Of a stretch of DNA of 45,894 bases, positions 41,711-45,894 are shown one piece after another (within the stretch, counting starts at the first letter, position 1; every line of letters begins with the position of its first letter). The notes beneath the pieces were generated by a model that worked only from the letters and a program-made list of their open reading frames with translations, searched no databases and was not told where the DNA came from. Source of the stretch: an uncultured Gemmatimonadaceae bacterium (GTDB lineage Bacteria; Gemmatimonadota; Gemmatimonadetes; Gemmatimonadales; GWC2-71-9); NCBI GenBank assembly GCA_964641815.1, contig CAZXKN010000109.1, forward strand, positions 1-45,894, given 5' to 3'. Made by a program: the position numbers and the translations under genes.

Positions 41711-42742
41711 TCATCGCTCTGTGAAGCGTACTCCGGTCTCACCAGGAACGATCTCGCCAATGATCCACGTCTTGACCTGCGCCCGCTGTGCGGCGCGCCG
41801 CACACTCTCCACGTCGTCGCGCCCCACCACGGCGATCATTCCGATCCCGATGTTGAACACGCGCCGCATCTCGGCGAGCGACACCTTTCCCGCCGTCTTC
41901 AACACCCGGAAGACCGGCGGCCACGCCCAGCTCCCCGCATCCACCACCGCTGCGCACCGCTCCGGCAGCACGCGCGCCAGGTTGCCGGCGATCCCGCCCC
42001 CCGTGATGTGGGCAAGAGCGTGGATCAGGGGCAGCACCGGGGTGATCGCGGCAGCGTAGCTCGTGTGCACGGCGAGCAGCACATCGGCGACGGACGCGGT
42101 GTATTCGGGAAACGGATCGCCGACGTCGAGCTTCAGATCGTCGAACACGATGCGCCGCGCGAGAGTGTAGCCGTTGGTGTGCAGGCCGCTCGACACGTAC
42201 CCGATGAGCGCGTCGCCGGCCACGACCTTGTCGCCGTGCAGCGCTTCGGCTTCCTCCACGACTCCGACGATCGTCCCGGCGAGATCGTAGTGCCCGGCGG
42301 CGTAGAGATCGGGCAGCTCTGCGGTCTCCCCGCCGGCGAGCGTCATGTCGTGCGCCTGGCAGCCACGCGCGATCCCTTCGACGAGCGCTGCCGCGACCTC
42401 GGGAACGAGCGAGCCCGTCGCGATGTAGTCCTGGAACGCGAGCGGCGTCGCGCCGTGCACCAGAATGTCGTTGACGCAATGATTGACGATGTCTTCGCCC
42501 ACGGTGGTATGGATCCCGGCGCGCGCGGCGACGAGCACCTTCGTGCCGACCCCGTCGGTCGACAGGACGAGCACCGGCTTCTTGTAGTGCGGGGGAAGGC
42601 GCACCATCCCGCCGAAGCCGCCCACCTTTCCCAGGGCGTACTTGGTGCGCGTCTTCGCGACGAGGGCGGCGATGCGGCGCTTCGCGTCGTCGGCGGCGGT
42701 GAGGTCGACGCCGGCGGCGGCGTAGCGGTCAGTCGAGCTCAA
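41711..42742 (-). CDS. purM: phosphoribosylformylglycinamidine cyclo-ligase (AIR synthetase)
   Basis: YAAAGVDLTAADDAKRRI, GGFGGM, DGVGTK and HITGGG. Confidence 0.95.
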   Translation of the reverse strand: MSSTDRYAAAGVDLTAADDAKRRIAALVAKTRTKYALGKVGGFGGMVRLPPHYKKPVLVLSTDGVGTKVLVAARAGIHTTVGEDIVNHCVNDILVHGATPLAFQDYIATGSLVPEVAAALVEGIARGCQAHDMTLAGGETAELPDLYAAGHYDLAGTIVGVVEEAEALHGDKVVAGDALIGYVSSGLHTNGYTLARRIVFDDLKLDVGDPFPEYTASVADVLLAVHTSYAAAITPVLPLIHALAHITGGGIAGNLARVLPERCAAVVDAGSWAWPPVFRVLKTAGKVSLAEMRRVFNIGIGMIAVVGRDDVESVRRAAQRAQVKTWIIGEIVPGETGVRFTER

Positions 42743-43637
42743 AGTGCACCAGGTCCTTGAACGCGCGCACGCGGGCCCGTACGTCGGCGGGCTTCACGTT
42801 GTCGAACCCCTGGATCCCGAACGCCTCGACGGCGAAGCTCCCCATCGCTGCTCCATATACCATCGCACGGCGCAATGCCGCGGGTGACGTGTCGTCGACG
42901 CTCGCGAGATAGGCCATAAACCCGCCGGCGAACGCGTCGCCGGCGCCGGTGGGATCGAACACTTCTTCCAGCGGATAGGCCGGGACCTTGAACGTCCCTT
43001 CCTTATCTACGAGCAGCGCGCCGTGCTCCCCCTGCTTCACGACGACGCGGCTGGGGCCCCGGCCGAGGATCCATTGCGCCGCGCGGTAGATGTTCCAGTC
43101 GCCCGACAGCTCGCGCGCTTCGGAGTCGTTCACCATCAGGATATCGATATGGCGCAGCAGCTCGAGCAACAGGTCCTTCTTCGAGTTGATCCAGTAGTTC
43201 ATGGTGTCGCAGGCGGTGAGCGTGGGGTGCTTCGCCTGGTCGAGCACGCCGAGCTGCAGGCCCGGGTCGATGTTGCCGAGGAAGACGTACTTCGCCTCCT
43301 GGAATTTTGCCGGGATCTTGGGGCGGAAGTGGGCGAATACGCCGAGCCGCGTTTCGAGCGTCTCGCGGTTCGCCAGGTCGTAGGAGTATTTGGCTTTCCA
43401 GCGAAACGACTCGCCGTCAACTTTTTCGACGCCCGAGAGATCGACGCCGCGAACTTCCAGGGTCTTGAGCACGCCCAGCGGATAATCGGAGCCGATGACG
43501 CCGACCACCTGGACGGGGTGCAACAGCGCCCCCGCGGCGGCAAAGAACACCGCCGAGCCGCCCGGGGCGTCGGCGGTCTGGCCGAAGGGGGTAGCCACCG
43601 AGTCGAGCGCGATCGATCCGACGACGAGAACACTCAT
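42729..43637 (-). CDS. PfkB-family carbohydrate/nucleoside kinase
   Basis: The N-terminus VVGSIALDSV and the C-terminal motif DPTGAGDAFAGGF are PfkB signatures. The ATG is at 43637; the track ORF to 44330 is a false extension into argS. Confidence 0.85.
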   Translation of the reverse strand: MSVLVVGSIALDSVATPFGQTADAPGGSAVFFAAAGALLHPVQVVGVIGSDYPLGVLKTLEVRGVDLSGVEKVDGESFRWKAKYSYDLANRETLETRLGVFAHFRPKIPAKFQEAKYVFLGNIDPGLQLGVLDQAKHPTLTACDTMNYWINSKKDLLLELLRHIDILMVNDSEARELSGDWNIYRAAQWILGRGPSRVVVKQGEHGALLVDKEGTFKVPAYPLEEVFDPTGAGDAFAGGFMAYLASVDDTSPAALRRAMVYGAAMGSFAVEAFGIQGFDNVKPADVRARVRAFKDLVHFELD

Positions 43638-43639
43638 GA

Positions 43640-45268
43640 TTACATCCGGTCCGGGGCCGATATGCCGATGAGCGAAAGGCCGTTGGCGAGCACTTGCCGT
43701 ACGGCGCGGGCGAGGACGAGTCGCGCACCTTCCTCGGGCGCTCCCAGCACGCGGTACTTGTGGTACCAGCCATGCGCCAGGCGCGCAAGCGCTCCGAGGT
43801 AGCCCGTGAGGCGGTGTGGCTCGAGCGCCTGCGCGGCGCCCTGGATGACGGCGGGAAACTCGGCGATCGCCTTGAGCAAGTCGCGCTCGTCGTCTTCCTT
43901 CAACACGGAAAGGTCCACACCATCGGGCGTCGCGCCGGCAACATCCTTCGCCGCAACGCGGAAAATCCCGCTCATACGGGCGTGCGCCATCTGCACGTAG
44001 AAGACGGGGTTCTCCTCGGTCTGCTGCTTCGCGAGGTCGACGTCGAACTCCAGATGTGAATCGGCGCGGCGCATGAGAAAGAAGAAGCGCACCGCGTCGC
44101 GGCCGACCTCGTCGATCAGCTCGCGCACGGTGAGGTAGCTGCCGGCGCGCTTGGAGATCTTCATCTCTTCCCCACCCTTCATCACCGTCACCATCTGGTG
44201 CAGCACGTACTCCGGGTAGTCTTTGGTGATCCCCATGTCGAGCGCCTGGAGACCGATGCGCACGCGCGTCACGGTCGAATGGTGGTCGGCGCCCTGGACG
44301 TCGATGGCGCGATGGAAGCCACGCTCCCACTTGTCGGCGTGGTAGGCGACGTCCGGGACGAAGTAGGTATAGTCTCCGCCCTTGGCCGCGCTCTTCTTCA
44401 TGACGCGATCCTTGTCGTCGCCGTACTCCGTGGTGCGCAGCCAGAGGGCCCCGTCTTCCTCGAACGTGTGCCCTGCCGCGATGAGACGATGCACCGTCTT
44501 CTCCACACGGCCGTCCGTGTACAGCGACGACTCGAGGAAGTAGACGTCGAACTTCACGCCGAAGGCCTGGAGATCGCGGTCCTGCTCCTTGCGCAGCTCG
44601 GCGACCGCGAAGATCCGAATCGCGTCGAGATCGTCACCCTGCCGGTCCTTGGGATGCTCGGCGACGTAGCGCTCGGCGATTTCCCTGATGTACTCGCCGT
44701 GATAGCCGCCGTCAGGGATGGCGGTGCCCGTGATGCGCGCCTGAACGCTCTTGGCGAGGTTCGCGATCTGGGTACCGGCGTCGTTGTAGTAGAACTCGCG
44801 CGTCACCTTCCAACCGGTCCACTCGAGCAGCGTGGCGATGGCGTCGCCGATTGCGGCCTGGCGGCCGTGGCCGACGTGAAGGGGGCCGGTCGGGTTGGCG
44901 GAGACGAATTCGACGTTCACGAGACGGCCTTGTCCGTCATCGGCTCTCCCGTAATTCGAGCCAAGGGAGATGACGGTGCCCAGGACATCCGCCAGTTGCG
45001 TCTCAGCCAGGATGAAGTTGATGAACCCCGGCCCCGCGATCTCGGTCTGCTTCACGACACCAGGGGGCAGCTCGAGTGCCGCGACGAGCTTCGTCGCGAC
45101 GTCGCGCGGCTTCGCCTTGAGCGTCTTGGCGAGCGTCAGGGCGAGGTTCGTCGCGACGTCGCCGTGCGTGGGATCCTTGGGACGTTCGAGCAGAACGTCC
45201 GTGGTGGGCGCGCCGAGTGACGCGGCGGCCTTGGCGAGCGCCGCGCGCAGGATGTCGTGCGCGGTCAC
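43640..45268 (-). CDS. argS: arginine--tRNA ligase
   Basis: Class I motifs SANPTGPLHVGHGR (HIGH) and a KMSK-like MKISKRAGS, plus the C-terminal anticodon-binding DALR domain. The GTG start overlaps the upstream gene's TGA. Confidence 0.95.
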   Translation of the reverse strand: MTAHDILRAALAKAAASLGAPTTDVLLERPKDPTHGDVATNLALTLAKTLKAKPRDVATKLVAALELPPGVVKQTEIAGPGFINFILAETQLADVLGTVISLGSNYGRADDGQGRLVNVEFVSANPTGPLHVGHGRQAAIGDAIATLLEWTGWKVTREFYYNDAGTQIANLAKSVQARITGTAIPDGGYHGEYIREIAERYVAEHPKDRQGDDLDAIRIFAVAELRKEQDRDLQAFGVKFDVYFLESSLYTDGRVEKTVHRLIAAGHTFEEDGALWLRTTEYGDDKDRVMKKSAAKGGDYTYFVPDVAYHADKWERGFHRAIDVQGADHHSTVTRVRIGLQALDMGITKDYPEYVLHQMVTVMKGGEEMKISKRAGSYLTVRELIDEVGRDAVRFFFLMRRADSHLEFDVDLAKQQTEENPVFYVQMAHARMSGIFRVAAKDVAGATPDGVDLSVLKEDDERDLLKAIAEFPAVIQGAAQALEPHRLTGYLGALARLAHGWYHKYRVLGAPEEGARLVLARAVRQVLANGLSLIGISAPDRM

Positions 45269-45579
45269 TTTTTCGGGGAGTCCTTCTTACTCTTCGATTC
45301 TGGCTTCGACTCCGATTTCGTCTCGGGCTTCGATTCAGACTTGGTGTCCGGCTTGGTCTCTTTGGTCTCCGGCTTCGGCTCGGTCTCTTTTTTTTCACCG
45401 GCCCGTTTGTAGTCGGTTTCGTAGAACCCGGAGCCTTTGAACACGAGCCCGGCGCCTGAGAGCTGGCGTTCGGCCATCTTGCCACACGTCGGACAGGCGA
45501 TCTTCCGCTTGTTGGAGATCGTCGGGTAGAACTTTTCGAAGACGTGCCCTTTGGGGCACTTGTACTCGTATGTTGGCAT
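45265..45579 (-). CDS. FmdB-family zinc-ribbon protein with a repetitive Lys/Glu/Thr/Ser-rich tail
   Basis: MPTYEYKCPKGHVFE...IACPTCG fits the CxxC_CxxC_SSSS family. The tail is ETKPDTKSESKPETKSESKPESKSKK. I prefer the ATG at 45579 over 45597. Confidence 0.8.
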   Translation of the reverse strand: MPTYEYKCPKGHVFEKFYPTISNKRKIACPTCGKMAERQLSGAGLVFKGSGFYETDYKRAGEKKETEPKPETKETKPDTKSESKPETKSESKPESKSKKDSPKK

Positions 45580-45718
45580 CGGGAAAGAACTTAGCAATGT
45601 TGGGCCGGGTCAGCAATATCACGCGTCAGGGCGGTACCGCCATGGGGCGCGACTCAAATGAAGGTCTTGCAGCCGATTCTCCGCCGCGTTACCCCTCAGC
45701 GCACCTCCAAACTACAAA

Positions 45719-45894
45719 ATGCCCGACCGCCTCGCCTTCGACGACCGCCTCCTCAACCGCTACACCGTTGAGGACCTCGAGAAGACCCACCCCGCTCTTT
45801 CTGCCGCTCTCCAGGCGTGGTTCAAGGCATTCCGTGACTTCGACGACACCTCCCTCGCCAAACTCATCGCCGCGCGCGGCCAGGTCGACATCGA
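45719..45894 (+). CDS. 5' end of an unidentified protein gene that runs off the window
   Basis: ATG at 45719, followed by 58 open codons with strongly GC-rich third positions (MPDRLAFDDRLLNRYTVEDLEK...). It is absent from the ORF track because no stop lies within the window. Confidence 0.4.
   Translation, partial: MPDRLAFDDRLLNRYTVEDLEKTHPALSAALQAWFKAFRDFDDTSLAKLIAARGQVDI

Overview
Very GC-rich bacterial chromosomal segment. I call about 50 protein genes, two tRNA-Ser genes and one cobalamin riboswitch. A T9SS-type sorting domain and HprK with a mannose-family PTS suggest a Gram-negative, Gemmatimonadota-like or FCB-related lineage, but that is inference only. From about 7.7 kb to 45.6 kb almost every gene is on the minus strand. 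Genes are tightly packed, with at least nine 4-nt start/stop overlaps (GTGA, ATGA or TTGA).

Content in order:
- Tryptophan-to-anthranilate cluster: OYE-fused CoA-ester monooxygenase, kynA, kynU.
- Exported amine-oxidase/creatininase pair, divergent from a CN-hydrolase.
- Block of uncharacterised secreted proteins beside a tRNA-Ser pair.
- tnaA, tadA, clpB, a stand-alone T9SS sorting-domain protein, selB, recO, a DUF3857/transglutaminase protein.
- B12-riboswitch-controlled btuF-C-D-B-like operon.
- metK-ahcY, then EI-HPr-EIID/C/B/A(Man)-hprK-hpf.
- A GT4 glycosyltransferase, nusB-ribH-ribBA-ribE-ribD, purM, a PfkB kinase, argS and a zinc-ribbon protein.

I found no CRISPR array, transposase, integrase, prophage or recognisable defence system, and no convincing wholly novel multi-gene system. 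The observations most worth a second look are:
- a roughly 117-nt inverted-repeat and 7-mer-array element upstream of clpB;
- a tryptophanase whose conserved N-terminus has no canonical start codon;
- a REP-like hairpin family sitting just after stop codons;
- the translationally coupled hpf-hprK-PTS(Man) operon;
- a pseudoknot-capable element upstream of metK;
- a rib operon with no FMN riboswitch.

Many long ORFs in the supplied track are GC-driven shadow frames or false N-terminal extensions, and I trimmed or rejected them.
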